From: Balamuthia mandrillaris
Lineage: Eukaryota
DNA: 64,000 nt
Direction of reading: 5' to 3'
Assembly (NCBI GenBank): GCA_031835245.2
Contig: JAVKOQ020000049.1
Location: 186,001-250,000, forward strand
The translations under genes and the position numbers were made by a program. This document shows positions 1 through 13,413 of this stretch, one piece after another. Position 1 is the first letter of the stretch, and every line of letters begins with the position of its first letter. Below the pieces are notes generated by a model. That model was not told the origin of the DNA, searched no databases, and saw nothing but the letters and a program-made list of their open reading frames with translations.

Positions 1-210
1 GAACCGGAAGTAAAAGACACAAAGAAGAATAAGGATAAGCAGAAAGACAAAGAAGGAGAAAGCGAAGAGAAAGAGTCGGACGAAGAGAAGAAAGACACGA
101 AGAAAGATGGAGAAAATGATGAAGGAGATAACAAGGAAGATGCTAAAGGAGACAGTTCAGCTGAAGGAGAATCCTCTTCGTCGGAAAGTGAAGAAGAAAA
201 CGATGAGTAA
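1..210 (+). CDS. 3' end of a gene with an acidic/charged low-complexity C-terminus (partial)
   Basis: Frame 1 is open from base 1 (EPEVKDTKKNKDKQ...SESEEENDE) to TAA at 208-210. Confidence 0.6.
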   Translation, partial: EPEVKDTKKNKDKQKDKEGESEEKESDEEKKDTKKDGENDEGDNKEDAKGDSSAEGESSSSESEEENDE

Positions 211-520
211 GGACTGCACGTCCTTTTTCAAAAGCTTCAAATACTTCTTCTTTCCATGGCAAGTTTCTCAACATGATGAGCAACTTTCCTTCGGTCGTAA
301 GCATTATGTATTCATTTTATTCTGTTTAAACTTGCTTTTTCTTTCGTGACTTTTTTCTAACCATTTTCCTCAAAATAGACTCGTTCGTCGAAGACATTTA
401 TTTACAATTTGTTTTTTAGCTTCATTTGCCTCCCCTCTCTCTCTCTCTCTCTCTCTCTCTTGCTCTTGCTCTTGCTCTTGCTCTTGCTCTTGCTCTTGCT
501 CTTGCTCTTCTTTCGACTTC

Positions 521-1423
521 TTAGATTAAACCGCCAAAACTAGAAGACACCACTTGCACCACATACTCATACTCTGCATCATTCTCCCACTCTACCTCTT
601 CTCCTCCTTTCCTGCTCCTTCTATGCTTCTTCGTCTGATCAAAACATGAAGAAGAGCAACCCCTGTCAACAACTCTCTCACCATTCTTCCACGCGCCGAC
701 CCACTTCTGGCCATTCGGATAGAGGAAGACACCAACGCCGTGCTGCTCATCGTTCCTCCACTCTCCAAAGTACTTTGAGCCATCGCTCCACATCATCTTC
801 CCATGGCCGTGCCTCTGATCCTTCTTCCATTGACCTTCATAGCTTTGCTTCTCTCTTCCCTCTTCGTCCTTCTTCTTCTCCTTCCTTTCACCAGAAGGAA
901 CTGGAGAAGCAGACAGGAAAGAAGAAGAACTGCACCACCAGGTCATGCTGCCGCTGCCGTGCCTTTGGTTGCGCTTCCATTGGCCTTGATACTCGTCTCC
1001 GTTCTTCCAAACCATCGTGCCTTTGCCATGCAACACCACCGCTAGCTGTCTATTGTCGTCGCCGTGGTCGGAGGACGAAGAAGCAGAAGAAGCGGTGTTC
1101 TTTTTCGATCGACGCTCTTCGATGCCGCTTCTTCTTCCTCTGTCGTTTTGTTGGAAGAACGAGAAGACCGGATGGGCGATGATTTGTTTGGGGCGGACCT
1201 CTTTGTACTCGCCTTCATAGAGAAGATACGGACAAGAAGGATCGTGGCCGTCGAAGCGGATCCTGATGCAGTTGTCGCTGTGGTGGCCCGATTGCTCCTC
1301 GATGGAGAGATGTTGCGCGCAATGGTTCCCCATTTTTCTTTTTCTTTTGTGTGTTGACGCGTCGTTTGAGAAGAGAGTATCTGTGTCGTTATAGCCCTTA
1401 CGAGCTCCAACGAACAGCTCCAT
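521..1423 (-). CDS. MORN-repeat protein
   Basis: Repeated YxGxWxxxxxHGxGxxxWxxG motifs (YQGQWKRNQRHGSG, YEGQWKKDQRHGHG, YFGEWRNDEQHGVG). Confidence 0.85.
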   Translation of the reverse strand: MELFVGARKGYNDTDTLFSNDASTHKRKRKMGNHCAQHLSIEEQSGHHSDNCIRIRFDGHDPSCPYLLYEGEYKEVRPKQIIAHPVFSFFQQNDRGRRSGIEERRSKKNTASSASSSSDHGDDNRQLAVVLHGKGTMVWKNGDEYQGQWKRNQRHGSGSMTWWCSSSSFLSASPVPSGERKEKKKDEEGREKQSYEGQWKKDQRHGHGKMMWSDGSKYFGEWRNDEQHGVGVFLYPNGQKWVGAWKNGERVVDRGCSSSCFDQTKKHRRSRKGGEEVEWENDAEYEYVVQVVSSSFGGLI

Positions 1424-1729
1424 TTATTCTTACGAGCCACACCCAAAGAATGGATGGATGGATGGACGTTCCATGACGCTTCAAAGTTAGAAGAAGGACG
1501 AGTCACCCATTACATATTTTGTTTTTCTTTCACGAAGAGACACTTTTTCGTCAATCAAAAATTTTCGAGTCGTCCCGATGAGAATTTCCATGTCGTCACG
1601 AATAAATTTGAACAGCAAAGCTGCTGCTTTTCACTAGAATTTTTGCAGCGAAGGTGCAGCCTAAGTCTCATGTCGACATGGTAATAAGCGTGCAAAATAA
1701 AAAAAAGAAGTGAAAAACCAAAGAGGAAG

Positions 1730-2222
1730 ATGAGGGTTTGGGTGAAGACGATTAAAGACGGGCGTTTCCCTTTGGATGTGGAGCAAGATGAACAGGTTCG
1801 TTCTTTTCTTCCTTTTTTTTTAAAAAAAAAACAATTGAAGTAATAAAATTTAAATAAAAAATTAAAAGGTACAAGCGGTAAAGAAAAGGATTGAGCATGT
1901 TCGAAATGTGCGGCTCACCCCAGAAGCTAAGCTCGTGTACAACGGGAAGCCTTTGTCCGACGAGACCTCCCTTTCTCACCACTCCATCCACGAGAACGCT
2001 CATCTTATTCTGTTGTTACCGGTTCGTATTTTTTGTTCCCCATAGATTTGAGAAAGAGACGCTCTGATTGTTTGTTGTCTTCTCTTTCTTTTATCTTATT
2101 TTTTTTTCCAACAGTTGGTGGACCCCAAAAAGATGGAACTCCCCTTTGAGGCTCCGTTCCTAGCGTTAACGCCAGCTTTCGGTGAAGTACGTTATCCCTT
2201 TGGACTTCTCTCGCTCTCTCTT

Positions 2223-2259
<37 letters not shown>

Positions 2260-2352
2260 TTCCTGTTGGCTCTTCTTTCTTCTCTCCTCTGCATGTTATT
2301 CTCTTTCTTCTCCGCTTCTCTCTTTTCTCCCTCCTCTCGCTCTCTTTTCTTC

Positions 2353-2393
<41 letters not shown>

Positions 2394-3968
2394 CTTTTCC
2401 CTCCTCTCTCCTCTCTTTTCCCTCCTCTCTCCTCTCTCCTCTCTCCTCTCTTTTCCCTCCTTTCTCCAACTAACGTTTATATTTTACAAACAATAAACCA
2501 GGATACAACACAACCAACGACGCCCGCTCCAACCCCAACCACTCCAACGACACCAACGACACCAGTTGGAGCGGCCGCAGCCATAGCCTCCGGCCAGCAA
2601 GGCAACATACTGGATGCTCTTTCTTTATTGCTTCAACAACAGCAGCAGCAACAACAACCTTCTTCTTCAAGACCTGCTTCAACAACAGAAGTACGTTCTT
2701 CTCCACAACCGACCGCTGTTAGTGCTTTATCTTCCTCTTTACGACGAGGAGAACAACAGGCCCCAGCAGCAACAACACCCACAAGTAGACCTCCCATTAG
2801 TAATCTTGAGGAGGCTCTTGCTGCGTTTCTCGAGTCAGCCGTTCAACCGGCTTCTTCTTCCTCAACTTCTTCTTCTGCCCCCACTTCATCTGCTCCTATG
2901 GCCATTCCTTCCTCCCCCTCCTCCTCTTCCTCTGCTCGTTTATCTGTTCCTCTGTCTCCATCTTCCCAAGGAACAGCCCACATGCCAGTTGCCTCTCCTG
3001 GCGGTACCATTCCATTGCTGCCAGCCCAATTCGAACAAATGCTTCGCTCCTTTACTTCTGCTGTTGGGTCTCCTCCACCATCTTCTTCATCTTCCTCGAC
3101 CTCTACTCAACAGCAACAGCAATCACAAGAGCAAACAGCCGCTGTGAGCAGACCTTTACAACCACAACAACAGACAGCAACGAACGAACCTGCTCTCCCA
3201 AAAGTTAGTGAAGAGGCTGTAACGCAATTGTGTGAGATGGGTTTTCCACGTAACAGAGTAGAGAAGGCTCTTCTGTTGTGCGGGTTTGTCATTCTTTCAC
3301 TTTGTTCATTCTATGTTTTTTCTTTATTTTTAACACTTACCTTTTATTCTCTCTTGATGTTAAAGAATGAACGTGCAGGTTGCAATGGAATGGTTGTTGG
3401 AACACGAAAGCGACAGCGACATTGATGCGCCTCTAACTCTAGAACAAAAGCAAAAGATTGCTCAAGTTTATGGACCTCGTTCGTGCTTGCTCTTTTCTCT
3501 TTTTTTTTCTAGTTCTCTGCTTCCTCGCTTCTCACTTCTCACTTCTCACTTCTTCTACTTCTCTCTGTAACAATAGCTTCAGATGTCGATCCAAGAGTAG
3601 AACGCGCGATAGAAGCCAACGTGTGCACTTACGCTGTAACAGGTCCTCACTTTGCAGAGCAAGAGTGGTATCATTGCTACACCTGCAACTTGGCTGGCAA
3701 TGAGGGCTGCTGTAAGGTCTGCGCTCGTGTTTGCCACAAGGGCCATCTTCTCTCTCAACCGAAACCCGCTCGCAACACCAAGTTTTTCTGGTTTGTTCTT
3801 CGTTCCCTTTTTTCCCTCTGTTTTGCTAAATTATTTGCAAATAGTGATTGTGGAGCAAATGTACATGGATTTAAGTGTCGTGCAATGCGTCCTCCCCTTC
3901 GTGGTTCCTCTTCGTCATCTGCCTCTTCGTCCTCGTCCTCTTCCTCTTCCTCTTCTTCTTCATCCTAA
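1730..3968 (+). CDS. Multi-exon ubiquitin-like (UBL) + UBA + UBR-box zinc finger protein
   Basis: Exons 1-2 read MRVWVKTIKDGRFPLDVEQDEQ|VQAVKKRIEHVRNVRLTPEAKLVYNGKPLSDETSLSHHSIHENAHLILL (UBL). UBA: VSEEAVTQLCEMGFPRNRVEKALL...NVQVAMEWLLEH. UBR box: CTYAVTGPHFAEQEWYHCYTC...CCKVCARVCHKGH...FFCDCG. Confidence 0.85.
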
Positions 3969-4072
3969 AACAAACGGTGGTGCAACGTTGTGGACAAGTT
4001 TGTGGTATTAATATTCCATGTCGTTTTTTCTCTCTGCTTTGTTAAAAATTATTATTATTTTGTTTATTATAT

Positions 4073-4389
4073 TCATTCTTGAAGAAGTGGCTCATCCAAA
4101 TCATTACTGCTAGTATAGAAAGATGGTGAAGATGAAGAAAGAGAAGACGTATAGTCAGACATCTCCACCACATTTGATAGTTGGATGGTGATAGATGGTG
4201 GACGAGCGGCAGTAGCTCTCTTCCATGCTCTCCACAATACAAACACCCCGACTGCAACTGTTGCTGCATAGAAGAAAGTTTGGATGGCTCTTATTATCAT
4301 CAGCACAACAATGCTGTCCCTAAAGTTGAAGATCCAGTCAACGAAAGAGAGAAGAGCAAATGCGATAAACAACGTGGAACGGAGAGAAC

Positions 4390-4441
<52 letters not shown>

Positions 4442-6585
4442 GTACAGAATGTCGTGGCAGATCTCATGCTTCACTTGGTTATAGTCTCGGTGAATGGCGG
4501 TACATTGGGTGTATCGGGTTAGTCGCGCAAGAGCATCCTCGGTCATGTTGACGTCCTTGGACATCGAAAGCCACGTTTCCTGTTCGCGTCCAAAACAAAG
4601 GGAGTAAGCTACCCAAAGAAAGAAAGACAGAAAGAAAGAGGGAAACGAAGAATATGAAACTTTGGAGCATTACCTTCAATGAAGGAATGAAGTTGATTTG
4701 GCCAACGTCTTTAACGCCTTCGGAGAGCATCGCAACGCTTCCCGCTGCTTCGTCAATGCTCACTTGGAAGGGGTTGGCAGTCACGTCCTTACATAGCAGA
4801 TAATATGGAAGATAAGGCTTGTCGGTGTTGACTCCTTCTATGATGACGTCGTCCATGTCCACGCAGAGATCGGCCGTCATCACGGAAACCGGAAAGAGGA
4901 GAGATACCTCCAAACAGCAAAAGAAGAGACCGATAAAAGACAACCATATAATTCTATAGAAAAAGGCCTTAGCTTTTGAAGCAAAGAAGAAAGAAGCAAA
5001 GAAGCAAAGAAGAATAGGAACCCTTGGAAGATCAACGGATATTTAAAGAGGAATGTCGCCGTTACAAACGTGACGATCGCCAACAACAAAGCAAGCGTAA
5101 AGTAACCCAGTCTGCACACATAAAGTGAATCGATTCTTAAATGTGTATGACACCGAGAAAAGAAAGAAGAAAGAAACACTATACCTTCCACCTTCGGCGC
5201 CATCTGTTATCTTCTCCATCAATTCGACGTACTCGTAAACGTCATCAGCTGTCTCCTGCAACTCATCGCTTTGTTGTTTCAGGTCAGCGACTTGAAGAAC
5301 CAGTTGGTTCAACACATCTCCAAAAGAATCCGGAACATGAAGCATCGCTGCTATACTTAACAGCACTGTTGCATCGGTGTTGAACACGTGAACGAAACCT
5401 TGGTCTTCAGGTCCGTCTTCGGAAGAATAATCAGAAGATGAGGAAGAAGAGGATGATGATGAAGAAGACGAAGAAGAGGAGGAGCCTGCAAACGATGAAT
5501 CTGAGGATGACGTCGAAGAATCCGAAGAGGAGACGTATGAAGAAGGGAAAGCGTCGATGAGGTTGTCCAAGAACCGTTCCAACGATTTCGGCAACGGCGT
5601 TACACTTTGACCAAACGTCGCGTTAAGAGCGTCCATAGCTTCAACGAGCGAAGGAGTCAACCGGCCCTTTTGCTTGTATTTCTCCAATTTTTGGAGCAAA
5701 GGCCCACATTTGGAGATAGCGGCAATGGGCTTGCCCTCGGAGAGGTAGTTGGAGCGTATATCGGAGGCGAGCTCGAGGATGCGCTCACTCAGGTTGTTCT
5801 CTCCGTTCAATACATTGTCCATAAGAGTTGTTTCCAAAGCTAAGAGCTTATCTAGAATGTCTTTTCGTGTGTCGGAGAGAAAGCTGACCAGTTTTTTAAG
5901 ACGGTCTGAAGAACAAAGTGATGGTAAGTATGAGAAACCAAAAGAAAGAAAGAAAGAAAGAAGAGGAAGGAAAGAAAAGTACTTTGTCCGGGTGGACTTG
6001 AAAAGTTTTTCATCATGTAAAGCGACTTTTCCAATTCGGTTTTGTCAAGAATGGCAGATAACGTTATTTTATCATCCACAACATGATATTGTTTGATAAC
6101 CTATAGAGGAAAAAAGACTTGGTTAACATTCTGTTATCAAAAACAAACAAATAAAAACAAACAGCAAGAAGCAACGCAACAAACCGATGGCATCTTTTTG
6201 GCAAAGTGTTCGAAAAAGGGTCCAAAAGAAATGAGTTGTTGCTTGAAAAACCCTATTTTTGGAGCCACTTCGCTTGTTGCCTAACCGCTCCACATTGTTC
6301 TCATCTGTTCCAACTCTTTGTTATTTTTCTTTGTTTTAGTTTTTGTTGTCACGCGAAGAGAGAGACAGAGACAGGGAGAAGGACAAAAGGACAGTAACGT
6401 ACGGTGGTTTGGGACGTTTCGTCGAATGGCATAATAGAGAGACCGTAATTGAAAGCCATGCCTTTGAGCTTCGTCACTGATGCCGCTAAACAATGTCGCG
6501 ACCATTTGGGATTCATCTGTCAACTGCTTTTCGGCAGCTGCCATTTCCTCCGATGCTTTGTACACTTGTCCTAATTGTGCTATAA

Positions 6586-6616
<31 letters not shown>

Positions 6617-7650
6617 CGGAGAGATGTTAGATCCCAGTGAAAGAAATAGAGAAACAAGAAAGAAAGGAATGAAGAGGTACATTTAACGTTGTAGACAGGA
6701 TCATAAGCGACTCTAACATCAGCATGGGATACCATAATCACAACGAAGGCGGAAAACGATAACAGACTAGTAGAAATGAATGTGAGAAATAAAGAAGCGA
6801 GCAATGAACAGAGAAGAAGAAGAAGGAAAGAGAGCCCTTACACAGCAACCGCAGTAAGCACAAGAACAGATGTTTGTTGGCAGAAGAAAGGTCCTCTGTT
6901 TTTCACGCATGGACATCTGCTAAACACGACGACCTCCTCGTCCACTCGCTCCGCCTCCATTCTTCCTTGCTTCTGCTGACCCTTAAAGCCTCTCAACTGC
7001 TCTAATATTCTTCTTCTTCTGTTCTTGTTCTTCTTTGGCTTCTTCTTCAATTTCTTCTGTATCAACATTCTGTCATCATCCTCTTCTTCTTCATCGTCAT
7101 CCTCATCCAAATAGACAACGTATTCGTCTTCATAGGTGTTCGTTTGTCGTCGTTTGGGAGAGCAAGGACAACACCGACAGCAACGAATGCAGTGACACCA
7201 ACTGAACGTGAACAGATAAGCCACTAAACCGATAAAGACCAATAGCGTTACAATAATACCCGGTAATGATAGTGATACCATTGACTGAGTGGTTTCATTT
7301 GGTGGCAACAAAAAGGAAGAGAACAGTCAGTTTAAAAGAAGAAAAAGAGGGAAAGCAAGGAGGTAAGGAGTACAAACTTGAATGTAATCGCCGGACTCAA
7401 GGTCAAAGTCGTTGGAGACCTTTTCGAATTTGAGGTTGTAACGCGGTAGAGAATGCAAGTTCTCTATGAAGTCGTCTCCATCTCCGGCTTGAAACGCTCC
7501 AACTATTTTGTGGAAAAATAAAGAAAGTTAAAAATAAAAAAGACCGAAAGAAAATGAGAGAAAGAGTGAACAAAAACCGTTGTTTGCAAAGAGGGTTGCG
7601 AGTAATGCAGTGGTGCAAAAGTACATAGCACATCTCTTTGTGCCATACAT
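4073..7650 (-). CDS. Multi-exon Tweety (TTYH)-like multi-pass membrane protein
   Basis: Spliced N-terminus FIENLHSLPRYNLKFEKVSNDFDLESGDYIQ|SMVSLSLPGIIVTLL...CHCIRCCRCC resembles the Tweety N-terminus. Further TM segments, a Cys-containing ectodomain (ADLCVD, YYLLC, QCTAIHRDY...EICHD) and a C-terminal TM follow. Exon limits are approximate. Confidence 0.7.
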
Positions 7651-7930
7651 TTTTGCACACGTTTTTGCCAACAAGATAAAATGGAGACCGAGCAACAGAA
7701 ACTCCCAAAGAAAGCAGCAGAGCTTCTTCCTCCCTCTTCCTCGTGTCTCCGCTCGCACGAGAATTTTCGTGCTGTTTCCTTTTTCCTGGTTGATCAGATA
7801 TGTATTAATTATTATTTCCGTCCAATCAGCAATCGCCATTTTAATGAAATTTATCTTTATATGGAATGTGTCGATTCGTTCCATAATAAAAAATAGTGCT
7901 TTATAGTTTTTTTTTTGGGGTCTTCTCCAC

Positions 7931-10900
7931 TTACAAGGCAAGAAGAGCAGCAAAAGACGAGGACAGCGTATCACTCGCCTGTTGGGCCTTGAACAGATAC
8001 AGCTCCGCTTGGTCGTGGAGAGCGGGATCGTCCATTTGTTGATAGACCTGCGCCAGGGCTTGCAAGTAAGGCGCTGTCAGCGGGTGCAACTCTCCAAAGA
8101 TGAGCTCTGAGAGGGTCAACGCTTCTTTGTAATACTGTGCTGCCTTTTTATACTGTTTATCTTCTCTATACCTTTATTGTGTAAACAGAAAAACTAATGT
8201 CAGCATTTTTTTCTTCACACAAGAACAAAAGAAAGCAAGAAAGAAACGACAAGAAAAAAAAAGAAGAAACAACAAGAAAGAAAGAAAGAAAGAAAGAAAC
8301 GACAAGAAAGCAACAAAGAAAGAAACGTACAAATCGGCCAGGCATACGTGAGCAGCCAGCAACAAAGGTGACCTCGCTCCCAAATGCCACTCCACCACCA
8401 ACTTGCAATTCTCATAGCAGAGCAAGACCTCCCTCCACAACTGCTTTTGCTCACGCAGCGACTTGAAGTAGAACGTCCTCATCAAAAGGCGATATACGTT
8501 GGAGGTCTCCGCGCAAAACACTTTTCTGACAACGCCCAAAGCAGCCGCGCCGCATTGAAGGGCATGCTCCTCTGCGTTCGTTGAATTGCTGTGGCGTCGT
8601 TTAAGATGAAGAGCGGCCAGACGAGTGAGCAAACGAGCTGCTTTGTCGTTGAGAAGACCTTCTGCTGCGGCATGCAATGCTAACTGATGCGTTCGTGTTT
8701 CCATTTCATCCTCTTCCTCTATCTCATCTTTTTTGTTGGAGGAGGAGGAAGAAGGAAGTGAAGGCATAGGAGTGTTGTATGAGAGGCCAGCTCGAAACTT
8801 GCGGAACTTGTGAAAGGGAATGGGGTTGTGGTTGGCCGTATCGAAAGGATAGGTAGGATCGTCTTCAAAATCAACGCCGCAGTGATGCTGCATGCTAAGG
8901 AATAGCATTCGGATCACGTTGAGAGGAGGCACCATCATCGCCAACGTTTTATTTTCTCCTTGCCCACCTTGTTTAATGCATGAAGATAGTCAGTTCTGTG
9001 TTTCTTCTTGCTTATTCCTTTCTCTTCCTTTCCTTTTCTCCCAAAAACAACAAACAAACAAATACAAACCTATGCGTGCAAGAAGCAGGTCGAAGTGGAA
9101 CTTGTCCTTAACCTCCAGTCTCAACGTCTGGGTCCAATAGTTCTGGCTCTCTTTGCCACGCCCCAATACCAGGTTGAAGTACTTGACGGTGGTCCACTGC
9201 AGCTCCTTCTCCACTCCCGCAATCGCCACTCGAGCCTTTCTTTCTCTGTTGTTCGTTGTCGCATCTGCCTTTCCTTCCTCGTTCTTTTTCATCAAAACCG
9301 GGTGTTGATGTTGCTCCGAAGGAAGAGAGGCAAGGGCAGAAGACTGCAAGCTTTCGTATTTGCTCCTGCGAATGACTTGCCTCCACTTTTGCTTCAGGAT
9401 GTGTTTGCAGGTTCGAGCCACCATTTCCACCACCAAAAACTGTCTAACATGCAAAAACGGATCGCAACTCGCAAAAGACAAAGTCGATGAGGAAGAAGAA
9501 GTAAACAAAGTCGACGCAACCGAAGGAGACAACATCGGGTGAGTGGCCAGAAGAGGAAGATAGCGAACGTTGATGCCGCACTCATGAAGTTGTTGCGTAA
9601 AGGTCTCGCTGCTGGTCGGAATGATCTCCAACGAACAGAGCTTAGCCACGAAGGCTGGAATGACAGTTTCCTTCAAGTAGGTCGAAGCCTGAACGATGCG
9701 CTCCTGATGCTTTTGGTACTCCATTATGATGTCCACTTTCTTCTCGTCTCCTAAAGCCCCGCGAAAGCCGCCGATTTCTTTCTCTTGAAAGGCATCCGCT
9801 GAAAGAGGAACGAAGCAAGGTTCTCGTTCTGTTTGTTGAATATGTCGAGAGAGAAGAAATTCAGGACGAAAGAAGGCGAGTTGTTGAGAAGACGCGATAT
9901 CAACAGAGGAAGAGAATGAAGATGAGAATGTGGAGCGTGGAGCAGCGTTAGAGAGAGCAGGAAAACAGGATAAGGAGAGACGCGCTTCTGAGGAAGAAGC
10001 AGAAGCTGATGAAGGAGGGCAAGACAGAGGAGGAACAGGAAGCTTGTGGGTTGAAGGAGAGGAAGTGGAGGAAGCAGTTGAAGAGCGAAGAGCGAGGGAA
10101 GGATCGGGTGGAAACAAGCGAGCCAAGTTGAGTACGTAGAATCTATTGTCCTCTTTGCTTTGATGAACTGTGATGAAGGATGATGTTGCTATTTTCAGGA
10201 TTTTGCCTTCGCTATAGTAAATGGTATCTTGTACGTTCAAAGTCAAGGAAGAAAAGAAAAAAAGAACAAGAAATGAGAGCAAGAAAGAAAGAGGAAAAAG
10301 GATACGAGGCATCAAAGGAATCGTTTTGCCGACTTCTTCCAACTTTTCTCTCACGAGTGGATGATCGTCCTTGAACTGCGTCTCAGAGAGTTGGCCATAG
10401 ACCAAAGTCTGCTGGGAGAGACTAGGCAACACCGCCATTACGACCACGCGGAAGCCTTTATAGTCCACTATACATGTCAACGCCGTGTGTAGTCCTGATG
10501 CAGCTGCTCGTTGAAACGCCATGTTACCCTTCAGCTCCTTTTGTTTATTTGCAAACGGAGAAAAGATCAAGTCAACAACAACGACAACTAAGGAAGGAAG
10601 AATACCAGGGGAAGAAATAGAGTATGGTGATAACAAACCTGAGCAGCAAGTTTCATGGCATCCATTTCATCTTTTCTGCACTCGCAAAGAGCTCCGCTAA
10701 TAAACACAAAGAGGCCGTGATGACTGTACAATTCGCCTTCCATCGGAGCAAAGGTCTTCAGTGAGGGCAATAAGTGAATCTCATCCACTATTGTCTTGCT
10801 AACATACTTTGCTGCATCTAAAAACTTGTTGAGGAACTTGAAGAGAGCAATCTGCTTCTCTTTCACAGCTCGCTTCAAAACAATCTCTTGCTGCTTTGTT

Positions 10901-11082
10901 GTCGCCGAGTCTTCATGCGTTTGAAGTTCTTTGCCTTTGTTGTTGCCTTTGTTGTTGTTTTTGCCTAGTTTCTCTTGGACCTCTTTCTCGACTTGTCTCA
11001 AGTCCGAAACCAGTTGCTGATACTTCTCATTCCAATCATCTGCAAAGAGGAACAAAAGCACAGATGAGAGGAGAGAGAGAGC

Positions 11083-11151
<69 letters not shown>

Positions 11152-12799
11152 GAAGAACGGACCTTCATTTTGGTCATAGGCAGGTTCGCCGGGATGCACT
11201 ACCTGGGAAAAAGATATCTTTCTTTTGCAAGTCCTTTTTTTTGAAGAAGAAAAGAACGGCTTAGAATGAGCAACTCAGAAGGTAAGGCCATGGAACGAAG
11301 AAGACTTACTTTTTGGGAGAGAGATCAGGAGCGGCCAAGCGACGGAGAGTGCTCTCAAGAATAAGAGGAGAGTTGCCAGTCGCTGCACTGGGACTGTTCC
11401 AAAACTCGTTCAGGTCCTTCACAGTGCGCGTTCTTCCCTTTCCTCCAGACATGTGCTGTTGATTGCTGTTCATTGGAGAAGAAGTTGTGGGTGGTGTCGT
11501 TGGAGAAGCAACATTCGCCGGCGATCTTACGGCTGCAAGTTGCTGAATCAATGAAGGTGGGGCTGGACGATGCGGAGGTGGAGTACGAAAGCCTCTTTCT
11601 GCACCACCCACAACGGCTTTCATCTTTTTCTGCTTCTCCACGCTGTTAACCACTGTAGTGGTAGGAGAAGGGCGAGCCGGGAGAAGACGAGACGGAGCAG
11701 GAGGTGGAGTGAATGCTCCAGAAGTAGGAGTAGCACCACCACGACCTTGTTTCATGGGAGATGCTTTTGGTGGTTGTCGTTGCTGCTTTGGCTGAGGAGT
11801 GCGGGGATGAGGACGAGGAGGCTGTTGTTTAAGAGTAATGGGGGACTTCACTGCCGCTGCTGTCTTGCCCACAACAAGAGGCGATCCTCGAGCCCTGTAT
11901 CCTGTCGCTTGTTCCTTGGTTGCCTGCTTGTTGTTCTTCTTGTTGTGGTTGTGGTGGAGAGGAGTAGAAGGAGCGGAAGAAGAAGCCGAAGAAGAGGCAG
12001 GAAAGAGGCCAGGCACGGGACGCGAGCACTTAACCACCGTCGTGACGACATTGTCGGGGATGAAGAGGTGCTTCTTGTTTCGGTTCTGAATGGCTCTCAT
12101 CCAAGCCTCGCTCTCCTCCATCGGAGAGTTGCCACACGGAGCAAAGTAATAGAGGTCTTCCTTCTTCTTGTTCTTGTTCTTATGTGGATGCACAATCATC
12201 GCCGGGGAGAGACAAGCAGCGATGGCCTGCTCTTTCTTCCTCTTCTGTTGGGCTGGGGAGGACGAGGAAGGAGGAGGCACTTGCCCCGAGCGAAAGACTT
12301 GCACGGCGAAGATGTTTTGCTTGCGTAACTCGTTGTTGTTGGTTTTGGGCGTTTTGTTTTCTTGGTTGGGGCGAAAGCAACGAGCGGCTTTAAGAGGGAT
12401 GAGGAACGAGCTCTTCATGTGCAGGGCCGGAGGGGCGTAGATCGAGACGCTCATGTGGCTCGGGTAGAGCACCACGTAGGCCTTTTGCCAACCGCTTTTC
12501 TTCCTGTTCTTCTGCAACTGTTTCTCTTCTTCTTTTCCGCCGCCACCAACCTCCGCGGCAGCCTCTTTCTCTTTGTCTTTCTCTTTGTCCGGAGGAGAAG
12601 GCTGCGGAGGAAGGGAGCTCCTGCCGTGGGCCACTTTCTTCTCGTCCTTCTTGCTCTTGCGTTTCTTGAAGAAGAGGTGGCCTTCCTTGAGGATGTCCCC
12701 GTTGGTGTCCGTCAAGACCTTCGCAAAGAGCGGGTCGTCCGGCGTGATCACGCCCTCCTTGAGAAGCTCTTCAAAGGTACTGCTTTGCAGCACCGTCAT
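7931..12799 (-). CDS. Multi-exon PH-domain + Clu/eIF3-p135 + TPR-like protein
   Basis: PH-like ILKEGHLFFKK...WQKAYVVLY...EAWMRAI. Clu motifs KELKG, LTCIVDYKGFRV, EDNRFYVLNLARLFPP, FFRPEF, LHECGINVRYL, EMVARTCKH. TPR-like tail IFGELHPLTAPYLQALAQVY. Confidence 0.8.
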
Positions 12800-13413
12800 T
12801 TCTTTTTCTTTTGCTTTTGCTTGCCTTGCCTTTCTAAATCCTCTCTCTTTCTGGGTGATTTGGTGATCCGAAGAAAAAAATAATAAGACCCCACGTTGGT
12901 CGGTTGCCAAAAAGGGGGAGAAAGAGCGAGAAGAGAGAACGAGAGAGTTTCGCTTGCTGAGTGTCTGCCCCTCCCCTTATCGCTCTATCTCACCAAAATA
13001 GCATGAGAGTCGGGTATGTAACGGTTCATTTTCCCGCCTTTTTTTTAAGTTGAATTTTTCGTGTCGACCTGATAATATTTTTGCGGACATGTGTTAATGC
13101 CAGGTGCCAACAAGAGGGGGAAGAAGATGGGAGCAGGAGGAGGGCTGTTCTTCCTGGTTGGCCATTCCATTCTCTTGGAAGAAGGTGGGTTCTCAAAAGG
13201 TTCTTTCTTCCAAGGGGATGGTTCTTCCCGACATAACTTCCAAACAACAACATTTCCTCTTTATTTTGTTTGAGAAGTGAGCAAAGGAAGGAGAGAGGAG
13301 AGGAGAGGAGCATGAAAACGATTGTGGGCCATCTGGAGAAAAAAGAGAGGGATAGGGAGAGACAAACAAGAGGAGGCGCACAGTCTTTCACAATGCTAAC
13401 ACAAGAATCGTTG

